Assembly (NCBI GenBank): GCA_040218735.1
Contig: JAVJQW010000067.1
Span: forward strand, 160,001 to 224,000
Length of the DNA stretch: 64,000 nt
From: Deltaproteobacteria bacterium
Lineage (GTDB): Bacteria > Myxococcota > Kuafuiibacteriia > Kuafuiibacteriales > Kuafuiibacteriaceae
Direction of reading: 5' to 3'
The translations under genes were made by a program, and so were the position numbers. Positions within the stretch are counted from its first letter, which is position 1. Each line of letters begins with the position of its first letter. Below are positions 17,730 through 27,088 of this stretch, one piece after another. The notes under the pieces are model-generated. The model had not been told where the DNA came from. It did no database searches and saw only the letters and a list, made by a program, of their open reading frames with translations.

Positions 17730-19222
17730 GCGCGGCCCTCCTGTTCACGGCGTCGCGCGGCGTCGGTGGTGCGGGCCTCGAGCCGGGTGAGCGCGGCGTC
17801 GGGCTCGGGCGGGGCTTCGCGCAACGGGAGCCAGCCGTCGTTTGTGTCGTCACGCGCGCCCTCGGAGGGGAGCGCCGGCCACGGGGAGGCGGCGCCGCTG
17901 AGGTCGAGGGGCGCGTAGGACGGTCGGTCGGCGGACGGAGGCCCGTGGTCTTTCGGGTGGCGCGAAGCGTCGGACTGCGGCGTTGCGTCCGAGCCCGAAG
18001 CGTCGGCCCACGGGGCGCGGGCGACCGCGGTCGTCTTCACGCGCCGCGCCGACGCCTGGGACGCGGACGTCCCCGCTGCGTCGCGTTCGTCCGATCGCGG
18101 CTGGTCTCGTTCCCGCAGATATCGCGCCCGCTGGTCTCGTGCCCGCTGGTCTCGTCCGAGTCCGTCGCGTTCACGCCGTGCCGTCTCGGCGACCCGCGGA
18201 GATGTCACGCCGTCGTCGGCTCCGGGCCGGACGCGAGCGCCGAAGTCTCCGCGCGCGCTGCCGATCGGCTTCGCGTCGTCATCGCCGACAACCCGAGCGA
18301 GCGCCTCGTTCCGTGGCGGGCCCTCGATCGAGTCGCCGCGCGCGACGGGACGAGCCGTCGGACGCGACGCCAACGGCCCGTCGTCCGCAGCCACCGTGTC
18401 GCGCGACTCGGCCGGGGGAGCTTCGGTCGCCGGCGCGCCCGATTCAGCTCCACCGAGGGGCGACGCGTCGGTCCGGCGTTCTCGCCGCGCGCTCGGCGCG
18501 ATGGCCTCACCCGTCGGCGCGCCGCGGATGGGAGCTCGTGGTTCGGGGGCCACCTCGTCAGCGCGTGACGCCGCGCCCGAGCCCGGCGCGCGGCGCGGAA
18601 AACCGCGCAGCTCCGCCGGTGCGCCACCCGAACGGGCGTCGCCAAGGCCACCCCCGATGCCGACCCGTTCGGCACGCGACCCACGAGCCTTCACTTGTCC
18701 CGAGGTGACGCGGCCCGCCGCACCCGCGTCCTGCGGACCGTCCACCGCTGCGGACGTCCCAGGCCGCGCTTCGCCGCTCCCACGGCGCGATGCACCGCGC
18801 TCGCCGACGCGCGGAGCCTTCACACCACGGTCCGACACCAGCGGGTCTTCGGGTTCGAGCCCCCGCGCGACGCCCAGCACCAGCGCGACGGCCCGCGCCA
18901 ACACGCCGTCCGACGCGATGTTCGGCGCGAGGTCCGCGATGCGTTGCGCAACGCCGTCGGGCCCGTCGTCGGGCGCCGCTTCGACCCCGTCCGGCGCCGC
19001 CGGCATCCACTCCGTCGGGTCGAGCCCCGCCCGTTCGATCCGCGCGAGCCAATCCGCGGGCGGACCGGTCCGCGCCGCGACGTGCGCCGCCCAGTCCTCG
19101 GGCGTCGCGGGTCGCGGTGGCGGTGGGGGCGGCGCGGGTTCGCGGACGGCGCGCTCGGCGAGATCCGCCGTGCGGCGCGCGGCGCGCGCAACCCAACGCA
19201 GGGCTCGATCGCGACGGCTCAT
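17717..19222 (-). CDS. Low-complexity Ala/Pro/Arg-rich protein inside the CIS operon
   Basis: ATGA overlap with the tube gene and a short overlap with the LysM gene support a real gene. Appears largely disordered. Confidence 0.6.
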   Translation of the reverse strand: MSRRDRALRWVARAARRTADLAERAVREPAPPPPPPRPATPEDWAAHVAARTGPPADWLARIERAGLDPTEWMPAAPDGVEAAPDDGPDGVAQRIADLAPNIASDGVLARAVALVLGVARGLEPEDPLVSDRGVKAPRVGERGASRRGSGEARPGTSAAVDGPQDAGAAGRVTSGQVKARGSRAERVGIGGGLGDARSGGAPAELRGFPRRAPGSGAASRADEVAPEPRAPIRGAPTGEAIAPSARRERRTDASPLGGAESGAPATEAPPAESRDTVAADDGPLASRPTARPVARGDSIEGPPRNEALARVVGDDDAKPIGSARGDFGARVRPGADDGVTSPRVAETARRERDGLGRDQRARDQRARYLRERDQPRSDERDAAGTSASQASARRVKTTAVARAPWADASGSDATPQSDASRHPKDHGPPSADRPSYAPLDLSGAASPWPALPSEGARDDTNDGWLPLREAPPEPDAALTRLEARTTDAARRREQEGRAWSG

Positions 19223-19725
19223 CCGCGCACGAGTCGGTCACACACCAACGTGATCGATTCGATCGCGAGCTCGCTGCCGGTCGCGTCGAGCGGCGTCCCG
19301 CGCCACTCACGCGGCCACGCCGCGATCAGATCCCAGCGCATCACTTCGCCGGTGCCCGCCGTGTCGAGCAACACGATCGACACGTTGCGCTGGTACTCCG
19401 CCTTCGGTTTGCCGCTGACGACGTCCTGCAGCCAGGTCCACAGCGCCTGGTCGTCGGTCAGGCCGTACCGCAGCGTGACGTCGGAGTACGAGACCTGCCC
19501 CGCGAGGCGCGTGACGTCGGTCGTCCCGCCCTCCCGGAACTCGATCGCCTCCACGCTCACGCCGAGCCCCGCGCACTGGGTGAAGTGCCCGAGGACCTGC
19601 GTCGACTCCTGCTGCGTCAGCTTGAAGTTGTACGCGCGATAAGGATCGACCCAGGCGCCGGTGCCCCCGTCCTGTCCTTCTTCCGCGTTGCCTTCGGTGT
19701 TCGCTTCGTCGGCTCCACTGCTCAT
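19219..19725 (-). CDS. CIS inner tube protein (T4 gp19-like, Afp1/Cis1)
   Basis: DPYRAYNFKL, GHFTQCAGL, IEFREGG, VTLRYGLT, AWPREW, AIESITL. Confidence 0.93.
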   Translation of the reverse strand: MSSGADEANTEGNAEEGQDGGTGAWVDPYRAYNFKLTQQESTQVLGHFTQCAGLGVSVEAIEFREGGTTDVTRLAGQVSYSDVTLRYGLTDDQALWTWLQDVVSGKPKAEYQRNVSIVLLDTAGTGEVMRWDLIAAWPREWRGTPLDATGSELAIESITLVCDRLVRG

Positions 19726-19737
19726 ATCGCTGACTCC

Positions 19738-20934
19738 TTACCCCTCGCCGCCCGCGTCTTCGACCTCGGCGCCCGCCGCGGTCTGACCGATCCGGAAGAT
19801 GATGAACTCTGCCGGCTTCACCGGCGCCAGGCCGATCACCGTTACGACCTGCCCCGCGTCGATCACCTCGGGCGGGTTCGTCTCCTCGTCGCACTGCACG
19901 AAGAACGCTTGCTCCGGCGTCGCCCCGCGCAGCGCACCGTCGCGCCACAGCCGCATCAAGAACGCGGTAACGTCGCGGCGGATGCTCTTCCACAGCGACT
20001 GGTCGTTCGGCTCGAAGACCACCCACCGCGTGCTCTCGGCGATCGACTCTTCGATCATGTTGAAGAGGCGCCGCACGTTGATGTAGCGCCACTCACTCGC
20101 CGCCGGCGCGAGCGTCCGGCCGCCCCACACGCGAATGCCCTCGCGCGTGAAGAACCGAATGCAGTTCACGCCGTTGTCGTTGAGGATGCCCTGCTCTTCG
20201 CGCGACACGCGGTACGACAGCGACAACGCACCGCGTACGCCCTCGTTCGCCGGCGCCTTGTGCACGCCGCGCTCGCCGTCGCTGCGCGCGTAGATGCCGG
20301 CGACGTGACCGGACGGCGGCGTGAACACCACCTGCCGCGTCGTCGCGAGCGGGTCCCGCACGCCGACCCACGGGAAGTAGAACGCGCCGAAGCCCCGGTC
20401 GGAGTTGCGCGGTCGCAGGCCCCCCGCGGGCACAATCTCCGCGTCGTCGTCCGCCGGCGGAGCGCCTTCCGTGGCGACCTCGGTGAGCGCCCGCAGGTCC
20501 GGCACGTCGAGCGGCGCGTCGAGGATCGCCACACGATCCTCCAGGCGCTCGCAGTGCCCGAGGAGCGATTCGTAGGCCGCCGCCCCGGTCGCGCCCGGCG
20601 CCGCGACGATCGCGATCTCGTCGATCCGACCGAGCGCTTCGAGGCCGGCGTCGAGCCGATCGATCGCCCCGACGTTCACCACGTACAGGTTCTTGCCGCC
20701 GTTGAGGAAGAAGCCCCAGACCGCGCGCGACAGGTCCGTCCCGGTGCTCGACTCGGAGCAGAACAGCCGCTTGAAGTGCTGCCAGTTGTTGACGCGCACC
20801 GCTTCGTCCAAGCGGCGCCGCGGCTCGGGGGCCACGCCGACGAAGCCGGCGGTGCTCGTCCCGACCGCGACGATCGGACGTGAGCCGCCGGAGATCTCTT
20901 CGACGTAGACGCCGGGGGTCGAGTAGTTCAGCAC
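19738..20934 (-). CDS. CIS contractile sheath protein (Afp2-4/Cis2)
   Basis: TPGVYVEE, GFFLNGG, PPSGHVAGIYARSD, GVHKAPAN, WGGRTL, WRYINVRR, WVVFEPND, APVKPAEFIIFR. Confidence 0.95.
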   Translation of the reverse strand: MLNYSTPGVYVEEISGGSRPIVAVGTSTAGFVGVAPEPRRRLDEAVRVNNWQHFKRLFCSESSTGTDLSRAVWGFFLNGGKNLYVVNVGAIDRLDAGLEALGRIDEIAIVAAPGATGAAAYESLLGHCERLEDRVAILDAPLDVPDLRALTEVATEGAPPADDDAEIVPAGGLRPRNSDRGFGAFYFPWVGVRDPLATTRQVVFTPPSGHVAGIYARSDGERGVHKAPANEGVRGALSLSYRVSREEQGILNDNGVNCIRFFTREGIRVWGGRTLAPAASEWRYINVRRLFNMIEESIAESTRWVVFEPNDQSLWKSIRRDVTAFLMRLWRDGALRGATPEQAFFVQCDEETNPPEVIDAGQVVTVIGLAPVKPAEFIIFRIGQTAAGAEVEDAGGEG

Positions 20935-20935
20935 G

Positions 20936-21613
20936 TCATTCCTCCAGTTCGAACTGCACCCGCACCGGCTCGCGGCCGTCTGCGGGGGTCAAGGCGAGCT
21001 TCTGCGTGCGGCCCTTCGCCGTCACGACCAGCTCGAAGGATTGGTCGGCGGGCACCGCGTCGAAGCGGAACCGCCCTCTCGGATCGGCGCGGGCCGTCAG
21101 GTTCAGCGTCGGGATCGACGCGACCGCCCCGGCCAGCGGAATCGACTCGGGCCCCTGCACGACGCCGCGCAACACTCGCGTCGTCGTCAACGCGACGCGC
21201 AGCGGCGTGCGCACGAGCTTCGCCGGGTGAATCGCGCGCGCCTTCGTCGCGAGGAGCGACAGGCTGAACGCGGGACGCGGACGACAGCCGAACGCCGACC
21301 ACTGATCGAGCGCGATCGGATCGTAGTCGATCGTCGCGTCTTCGTGATCGAGCGCGGCCTCCAACACCTGCGACAGCAGCTCGTGCGCGCGGCGGGTCTG
21401 CTCCGCCCAGGTCGTCACGAGGTACCGGCCCCTAAACGCGACCGGCGGGCGGTTCGGGCCCCGCATCGGCTTCTGCTCGTCGAACCCGAGCAGCGCGAGC
21501 GAGACGCCCTCCCCGGCCAGGTCGTCCGACGGGGCGTCGAGCGTCACGGCGACATTGCCGCGCACGACCTCCTGCACCCACGCGACGATCTGGTCGTCGA
21601 GCTCGACGATCAT
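20936..21613 (-). CDS. Pvc16/Afp16-like tail-terminator (cap) protein with C-terminal carboxypeptidase-regulatory-like domain
   Basis: Position ahead of the sheath gene. Motifs GVSLALL, RYLVTTW, QWSAFGCRPRPAFSL and C-terminal ARADPRGRFRFDAVP. ATG at 21613. Confidence 0.7.
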   Translation of the reverse strand: MIVELDDQIVAWVQEVVRGNVAVTLDAPSDDLAGEGVSLALLGFDEQKPMRGPNRPPVAFRGRYLVTTWAEQTRRAHELLSQVLEAALDHEDATIDYDPIALDQWSAFGCRPRPAFSLSLLATKARAIHPAKLVRTPLRVALTTTRVLRGVVQGPESIPLAGAVASIPTLNLTARADPRGRFRFDAVPADQSFELVVTAKGRTQKLALTPADGREPVRVQFELEE

Positions 21614-22791
21614 CGACGCCTCCAGGCGAGCAGCCCGAGCACCAGCCAGGCGACTCCGCTCCCGCTCCCCGTCCGCGACGTCGAGCAACCACAGCCGTCG
21701 TCCTTCGGCGCCTCCGTCGAGCCCGTCGAACCGGTGGGACCGCGCGCCGCGGTCTGCGTGCCGGCGTCCCGGTTCTCGATGCTGGCCTCCACGTCCGGCT
21801 CCTCGAACAGCTCCAGCTTCAGGCGATACGGCCCCGAGCGCTCGACGTCGGAGCGATCCGTCCACGTGTCGGTGACGAGGTAGTAGGTCCCGGCGTCGAG
21901 CACGACGTTCAGCGACTTGTCCGCGCGCTTCACACACGCCTCCGCCTTCGGGGCGGAGAGGACGTGGAGGTCCACGTCGACGAACTTCGGGACCTCGACC
22001 GAAGCGAGCAGCCGGCTCTTCTTCGGGACCGCGAACCGATACACGTACTCCTTACCACTCTCGTCCGCGTGCGCTTTGCAGCTGTAGCTGTCGAAGGTGT
22101 CGCTGCACGCGAGGAACATCGAGCGCTGCTCTTCGAACGGGAACGACGACACCACGATCGGCTTCGCGACCGTCCCCTCACACGCCGGCGGCCCCGCCTG
22201 GATGTGTTTGTAACGCACGGGCCGGTAGCCGTTCAGGTACGACCAGCTCGCGTGGTGATGCAGCCGTACGCGCCCCGGCCCTCCGGCCGCTTCGTAGAAG
22301 ATCGGCACGCCGTCGTTTCGCGTCCCGGCGAACAGGACGACGTGGTTGCCCGCCTTGTTGAGCGCGTCCCCCGCCTCGAGGTCCTCGAAGTCGATCGTCT
22401 CGGTCACCTGGTGCAGCGTCGATGTGGAGTATTTCTTCGACGTCCCCCACGCGAGCGACACGAGCCCCGAGCAGTCCACGCCCGCGACGCACTTCAGGAC
22501 GCCGTGTTTCTTGTGCGAGCCCGCGCCGTGTCCGCGGCCGATCTTGTCGACGAAAGCCTCGACCTCGTCGTAGCCGCCCCACTTGTACGGCATCCCGCGG
22601 TGGCTGCCGGGTTGGTAGTCACTCTTGTACGACGACGGGCACGTGCAGCCGGTGCAGTCGCTCGATTCGAGGTCCCACTCCAGGTCGACGAACCGATCGA
22701 CACGCTCCAGGACCTGCTTGCGCGACAGCGGCTCCGCGTTTGCGACGCACGGGACCGCGAGCAGCACGGCGAGGACCTCAAGGCGCCGCAT
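21610..22791 (-). CDS. NlpC/P60-like Cys hydrolase with PPC-like domain and MYXO-CTERM anchor
   Basis: Signal peptide. GMPYKWGG, GVDCSGLVSLAWG, GDALNKAGNHVVLF. LDAGTYYLVTD (PPC-like). C-terminal GCGCSTS…WLVLGLLAWRRR. Confidence 0.8.
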   Translation of the reverse strand: MRRLEVLAVLLAVPCVANAEPLSRKQVLERVDRFVDLEWDLESSDCTGCTCPSSYKSDYQPGSHRGMPYKWGGYDEVEAFVDKIGRGHGAGSHKKHGVLKCVAGVDCSGLVSLAWGTSKKYSTSTLHQVTETIDFEDLEAGDALNKAGNHVVLFAGTRNDGVPIFYEAAGGPGRVRLHHHASWSYLNGYRPVRYKHIQAGPPACEGTVAKPIVVSSFPFEEQRSMFLACSDTFDSYSCKAHADESGKEYVYRFAVPKKSRLLASVEVPKFVDVDLHVLSAPKAEACVKRADKSLNVVLDAGTYYLVTDTWTDRSDVERSGPYRLKLELFEEPDVEASIENRDAGTQTAARGPTGSTGSTEAPKDDGCGCSTSRTGSGSGVAWLVLGLLAWRRR

Positions 22792-23797
22792 ACTTCAGCA
22801 CCTTCACGCGATCGACGTACGGCAACATGACGAACACGTTGCCGTCCTCGTCGATGTCGATGTCCTTGTCCGGGATGAGCACGTCGTCGACCGGGAGCTC
22901 GAACGTGCGCAGCGGTTTCAGATCCTTGTCGAGCACGCGCACGAAGCGCCGCACCGCGATCGCGCCGTCCTTCATCGACACCATCTCGATGCGCACGAAC
23001 GTGCGCTTCTTCTTGTCGGTCGACAGGTGCGTCACGGACGCCAGCTTCCCGGGCGCGGGCGGGCTGATCTCGATCTCCTTCGTCGGCTGGTTCCGTGCGC
23101 CGGCGAAGCTCCTCAGAGACGCCGTGCCGCGCTTCATCACGACTTCGGTCGACCCGGAGCGCGTCGCCGTGCGGCGGTGCGCCATCCGCGTCAGCTTGAG
23201 CCGCTGCGGCGGCGGAGGCGGCGGCGCGACGTGGGTCATCGGCCCGATCAGCGATCGCGCACGTCGGGGCAGCGTGCGTTTGTCGATCTCGTAGCTTCCG
23301 TCCTGCTCCTCGACGACGACCCGCCCGCTCGCGATCCGGCGCAGCCCCTTGAATCGCTTCAGCCGGTTCGCGAGCAAGCGCTCCACGCCGCCACGGTCAT
23401 CGACCATCCACAGCTGCGCGTCCTTCGCGTCGAACAGGACCACGCGCCCGTCACCGACGTGCGCCGCGTCCGAGACAGTGCGCGCGATCGGCAGCTTCGA
23501 ACGGCGCACGATGCGTTTGTTGTTCAGGACGACGGCGCGGTCCTTTTCACCGTCGACGATCAGCACCTCGCCCTTCGGCATCGCGATGATCGCCGAAGGC
23601 CCGCGCGCCCGCTCTTCGTTGCGTCCGGCGTGCACCCCGAGCGCGTCGTCGGCGTTACCGGTCGGAATCTCGGCGACGACCTGCTGCCGCCACGGCGCGC
23701 GAATCAGGCGCATGTTGGTGGGCGGTATCTGCGCCCACGCCTGGCCGCCGAGCATCACGCCCAGCAGCGCGACACACCCCGTCCTCACCCAACCCAC
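22778..23797 (-). CDS. Secreted protein, probable beta-propeller
   Basis: Signal peptide ending AWA-Q. GPSAI…GEVLIVDG and DIDIDEDGNVFV (NHL-like). 14-nt overlap with the NlpC/P60 gene. Confidence 0.65.
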   Translation of the reverse strand: MGWVRTGCVALLGVMLGGQAWAQIPPTNMRLIRAPWRQQVVAEIPTGNADDALGVHAGRNEERARGPSAIIAMPKGEVLIVDGEKDRAVVLNNKRIVRRSKLPIARTVSDAAHVGDGRVVLFDAKDAQLWMVDDRGGVERLLANRLKRFKGLRRIASGRVVVEEQDGSYEIDKRTLPRRARSLIGPMTHVAPPPPPPQRLKLTRMAHRRTATRSGSTEVVMKRGTASLRSFAGARNQPTKEIEISPPAPGKLASVTHLSTDKKKRTFVRIEMVSMKDGAIAVRRFVRVLDKDLKPLRTFELPVDDVLIPDKDIDIDEDGNVFVMLPYVDRVKVLKYAAP

Positions 23798-23889
23798 CGC
23801 GGGGAGTTCGTAACACGGGGCCTGAATCTGACAAAGATGGCCGGGCCCGATCGCGCGCCCGTGTCATCGGCCGCGACGAACGTGAACGA

Positions 23890-25812
23890 CTACTGTTCGA
23901 ACGTGGCGAAGTCCGTCTCTTGGAGCTGCACCGCGGCCACGTCCGGGATGCGCACGTCCGGCGGCAGGTACTGAATTCGGAGCTGCGCGACGTGGAAGAT
24001 GCCGTAGCCCTCCAGGTCGCCGTCGGGGACCTGGCCGAAGTAGACGTCGATGTCGTTGTTCCCAGGCCCGAAACCTCGGTCGAGGGTGTCGACCAGCGTG
24101 ATGTTGCTGACCCGCATGTCGTAGCAGGAGCGCAGGTCCATCGTCGGGCCGAGGTCCGTCGTGCGGTACCGGTAGGCGAGCTCGGCGCGCACCGTCGCGT
24201 CGTTCGAAGCCGCGTCGGTGTGCGCGCGGATCTCGCGGCCGTTGTTGACGCCGTCGATGTCGAGGTCGTCGAGGTTGTCGTTGAAGATGATGTTGGTCCC
24301 GGCGCGGAACTCGATGCCGTCCGGGAAGCCGTCCGCGTCGGTGTCGAACAGGGTGCGGTCGGAGGCGAGCAACCGCTCCTCGCAGTCGCGCAGGCCGTCG
24401 CCGTCCGTGTCGAGCGTGGGGTCCTCGCAGTCGTCGAGGACGTTGGGCGCCACCGGATCCATCCCGAGCGGGCGCAGCAGGTGCTCGAGCTTGTCGTTGA
24501 AGAAGTCGAAGTCCGTGTCCGCGTTGAGCGGATCGAGCCCCGCGATCAGCGCTTCCTCCGCGTCGGAGAGGCCATCCGCGTCGCTGTCCGGCTCGAACCC
24601 GTTCAGCGTGGGGATCGCGTTGCGGTTGTAGACGAGGAACTCCTTCAGCACGAACAGCCGCTGCGTGCTGCGGAAGTCGATGTGCGCGAAGTTGATCTGG
24701 TCCGCCGAGGCGAAGCGCTCGTAGCGCCCGCCCGCCGCGAGGGACATCGAGAGGCCGAGCGTCTCCGCCCGACACGACGAACGGCACGAGGTCTCACACA
24801 TCCCGTTGTTGCAGTTGTACGGGTACGCAGGGTCGGCGCAGTCCATCACGGTCCCGTCGCGGTCGTTGTCGACGCCGTCGAAGCAGTCGAGCTCGTCGCG
24901 CGCGCAGAAGTTGATCGTCGTGCCGTCGGGCAGGTCCGTGATCGCACACGTGGTGCGCAGCGGATCCGTCACACACGCCGGCGCGTTCGGGTCACACAGC
25001 TCGACGCAGCGCCCGACGTCCGCGCGTCCGCCGGACTGCACACACACCGTCCCGGCCATGCACGTCGGCATCGGATCACGCGGATCGCAGGGGGCCCCTT
25101 CGACGTGCGCCTGCTCGAGGTGCACGGTGTGGAACGCGAACTCTGCCGCGCCGAGATCGAGGACGGTGTCGCGGATGTCGCGCACCGCCTTCGTGAAGAA
25201 CGCGACCTCGCAGTTCGGCGGCTGCACGTCGAACAGATCGCGGCAGCGGTCGGGCGTGATGGGCGGCGCCGGGGAGCCGTTCGTGATGTGCACGACGACG
25301 TACTTGGTGCGCGACAGCGGGCCGAGCTCCGCCTGGAAGGCGTCGCCGGTGATGATGCTCTCGGCGAGGGACATCGCCGACGCGAGGTCGCGCGCGCCCG
25401 CGGCGTTTCGGAGCGCGGCGACGGCGCCGTCGATCAGCGCGTCGTCGCGCGAGAAGCCCGAGGTGATGCGACCCATCTGCTCGCTGATCAGCGACGTCGC
25501 GTTGGTGTCGTAGCGGATGACGCCGACGAAGACGTTGTTGATCGGGAGGAACTGACTGATCGTCTGCTCGATCGCGGTGACGTGCTCCGCGAGCGGCGCG
25601 GCCTCCGCCATCGGACCGCTGCCGTCGACGATGAAGAGAATCTTCACCGGGAACTTGCGCGTCGCCGGGTTGTCCGTGCACAGCACGCCGGTGACGGTGA
25701 GCTTGTCCGCGAGGAGCGGCTCCTGCCCGAGCTTGCCGTACAGCGATCGGTCCGTGCAGGACACGAGCGACAGCGCGGCGCCGAGGAGACAGACGTGAGC
25801 CAGGCGGGCCAC
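23890..25812 (-). CDS. VWA-domain lipoprotein with thrombospondin type-3-like Ca-binding repeats (resembles myxobacterial MtsD-type cohesion proteins)
   Basis: Lipobox LVSC. KILFIVDGSGPM (VWA). Repeats DSDADGLSDAEE, DTDGDGLRDCEE, DTDADGFPDGIE. Confidence 0.75.
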   Translation of the reverse strand: MARLAHVCLLGAALSLVSCTDRSLYGKLGQEPLLADKLTVTGVLCTDNPATRKFPVKILFIVDGSGPMAEAAPLAEHVTAIEQTISQFLPINNVFVGVIRYDTNATSLISEQMGRITSGFSRDDALIDGAVAALRNAAGARDLASAMSLAESIITGDAFQAELGPLSRTKYVVVHITNGSPAPPITPDRCRDLFDVQPPNCEVAFFTKAVRDIRDTVLDLGAAEFAFHTVHLEQAHVEGAPCDPRDPMPTCMAGTVCVQSGGRADVGRCVELCDPNAPACVTDPLRTTCAITDLPDGTTINFCARDELDCFDGVDNDRDGTVMDCADPAYPYNCNNGMCETSCRSSCRAETLGLSMSLAAGGRYERFASADQINFAHIDFRSTQRLFVLKEFLVYNRNAIPTLNGFEPDSDADGLSDAEEALIAGLDPLNADTDFDFFNDKLEHLLRPLGMDPVAPNVLDDCEDPTLDTDGDGLRDCEERLLASDRTLFDTDADGFPDGIEFRAGTNIIFNDNLDDLDIDGVNNGREIRAHTDAASNDATVRAELAYRYRTTDLGPTMDLRSCYDMRVSNITLVDTLDRGFGPGNNDIDVYFGQVPDGDLEGYGIFHVAQLRIQYLPPDVRIPDVAAVQLQETDFATFEQ

Positions 25813-25961
25813 GACGTCACGATAACAAAGGTCGAGCGCGTTCCAACCCTCACACCGCGATTACGACGTGCGCCCGGGGCTTTGGGCCCCCACCCTTGCA
25901 TTCGTCCTCTCGTTCGCGCCGTGCTTTCGCCCCTCGCGGCGGATGAGTATGCTCGACGCCG

Positions 25962-27023
25962 ATGAGGGCGTGGGTCTTGATCGTCGCGTTCGCGCTGGGG
26001 CTCGCGGGGTGCAGCGACGACGTCTCCGGGCTCGACGACGACACGCTCCTCGACGGCGCGGCCCCGCCGGTGTGGTCGGTCGAGACCGACGTCCCGACCG
26101 AAGCCGACCTCCTCGGCGTGTGGGGGCGCGCAGCCGACGACGTGTACGCCGTCGGGTGGGACGGGACCATCGTGCACTGGGACGGCACCGCGTGGTCGCT
26201 GGAGACGACGTCGTCGACGGTGGTGATCACCGCCGTGCACGGCATCCCGGCGCCGCCGCCGATGGATCCGCCGGATCCGAACCCGCCACCCCCCGGCCCG
26301 ATCTTCGCGTCCGGTTGGGGCGGTACGATCCTCGAGCGTGTCGACGGCAACTGGCAGACCGTCGCGCCGACGAGCACGCACACCGAGGACCTCTTCGACA
26401 TCTTCATCGGCGGCGAGGACTCGGGCCTCGCGGTCGGCGACGGCGGTCGCGTCCTCGCGTGGGACGGCACGGCGTGGACGAAGATCACGATGTTCGTCCC
26501 GGGTGAGTTCTCCGGTTCGCTCATCGAACCGAAGAGCACGCTGCAGGCGGTGTGGTCCGGGAACGGCCGCCGCTATTACATCGCCGGCTCCGGCGGCGCC
26601 GCGTACCGCTCCACCGGCGGAACGCAGAACTTCGAAGCGCTCGACACGCGCGTCTTCGAGCCGCTCCGCGACCTGTGGGGTCCCGCGACGAACGACGTCT
26701 TCGCCGTCGGCCTCGGCACCTTGATCCTCCGCTACGGCGGGCAGTGGCGCCGCGTTCGCAACGACGGTGCCGACGAGCTGCCGAACACGTTCCTCTTCGG
26801 CGTCAGCGGCACCGCGGGCGACGACGTCACCGTCGTGGGCTGGAAGGGCATCGTCGCGCGCTACGACGGCACGGCGTGGTTCGTCGAGGAGACCGGCGTC
26901 GAACAAGACCTGCGCGGCGTCTGGGTCGACCCGGTGACCGAGGTCGCCTACGCGGTCGGCGCGCGCGGGCTGATCATCCGACGGGACCCGCCGCCGCCCG
27001 ATCCGGAGATGCTGATGGAGTAG
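25962..27023 (+). CDS. Lipoprotein with WD40/YVTN/BNR-like propeller repeats
   Basis: LAGC lipobox. Repeats LLGVWG..DDVYAVGWDGTIVHWDGTAW and DLWG..NDVFAVG. Confidence 0.85.
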   Translation: MRAWVLIVAFALGLAGCSDDVSGLDDDTLLDGAAPPVWSVETDVPTEADLLGVWGRAADDVYAVGWDGTIVHWDGTAWSLETTSSTVVITAVHGIPAPPPMDPPDPNPPPPGPIFASGWGGTILERVDGNWQTVAPTSTHTEDLFDIFIGGEDSGLAVGDGGRVLAWDGTAWTKITMFVPGEFSGSLIEPKSTLQAVWSGNGRRYYIAGSGGAAYRSTGGTQNFEALDTRVFEPLRDLWGPATNDVFAVGLGTLILRYGGQWRRVRNDGADELPNTFLFGVSGTAGDDVTVVGWKGIVARYDGTAWFVEETGVEQDLRGVWVDPVTEVAYAVGARGLIIRRDPPPPDPEMLME

Positions 27024-27088
27024 CCGGCGCGTCGAGCGTCCGCGGTCACAGCGCGAATCCCCGCGCGCCGAGCCGCGTCGATCGATCC

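Noticed and set aside
11332-21613. Prophage or canonical T6SS interpretation of the tail genes
   Set aside because: No capsid, portal, terminase, integrase or lysis cassette. No TssB/TssC split sheath, TssJLM, TssK or ClpV. Gene order fits an Afp/PVC-like CIS.
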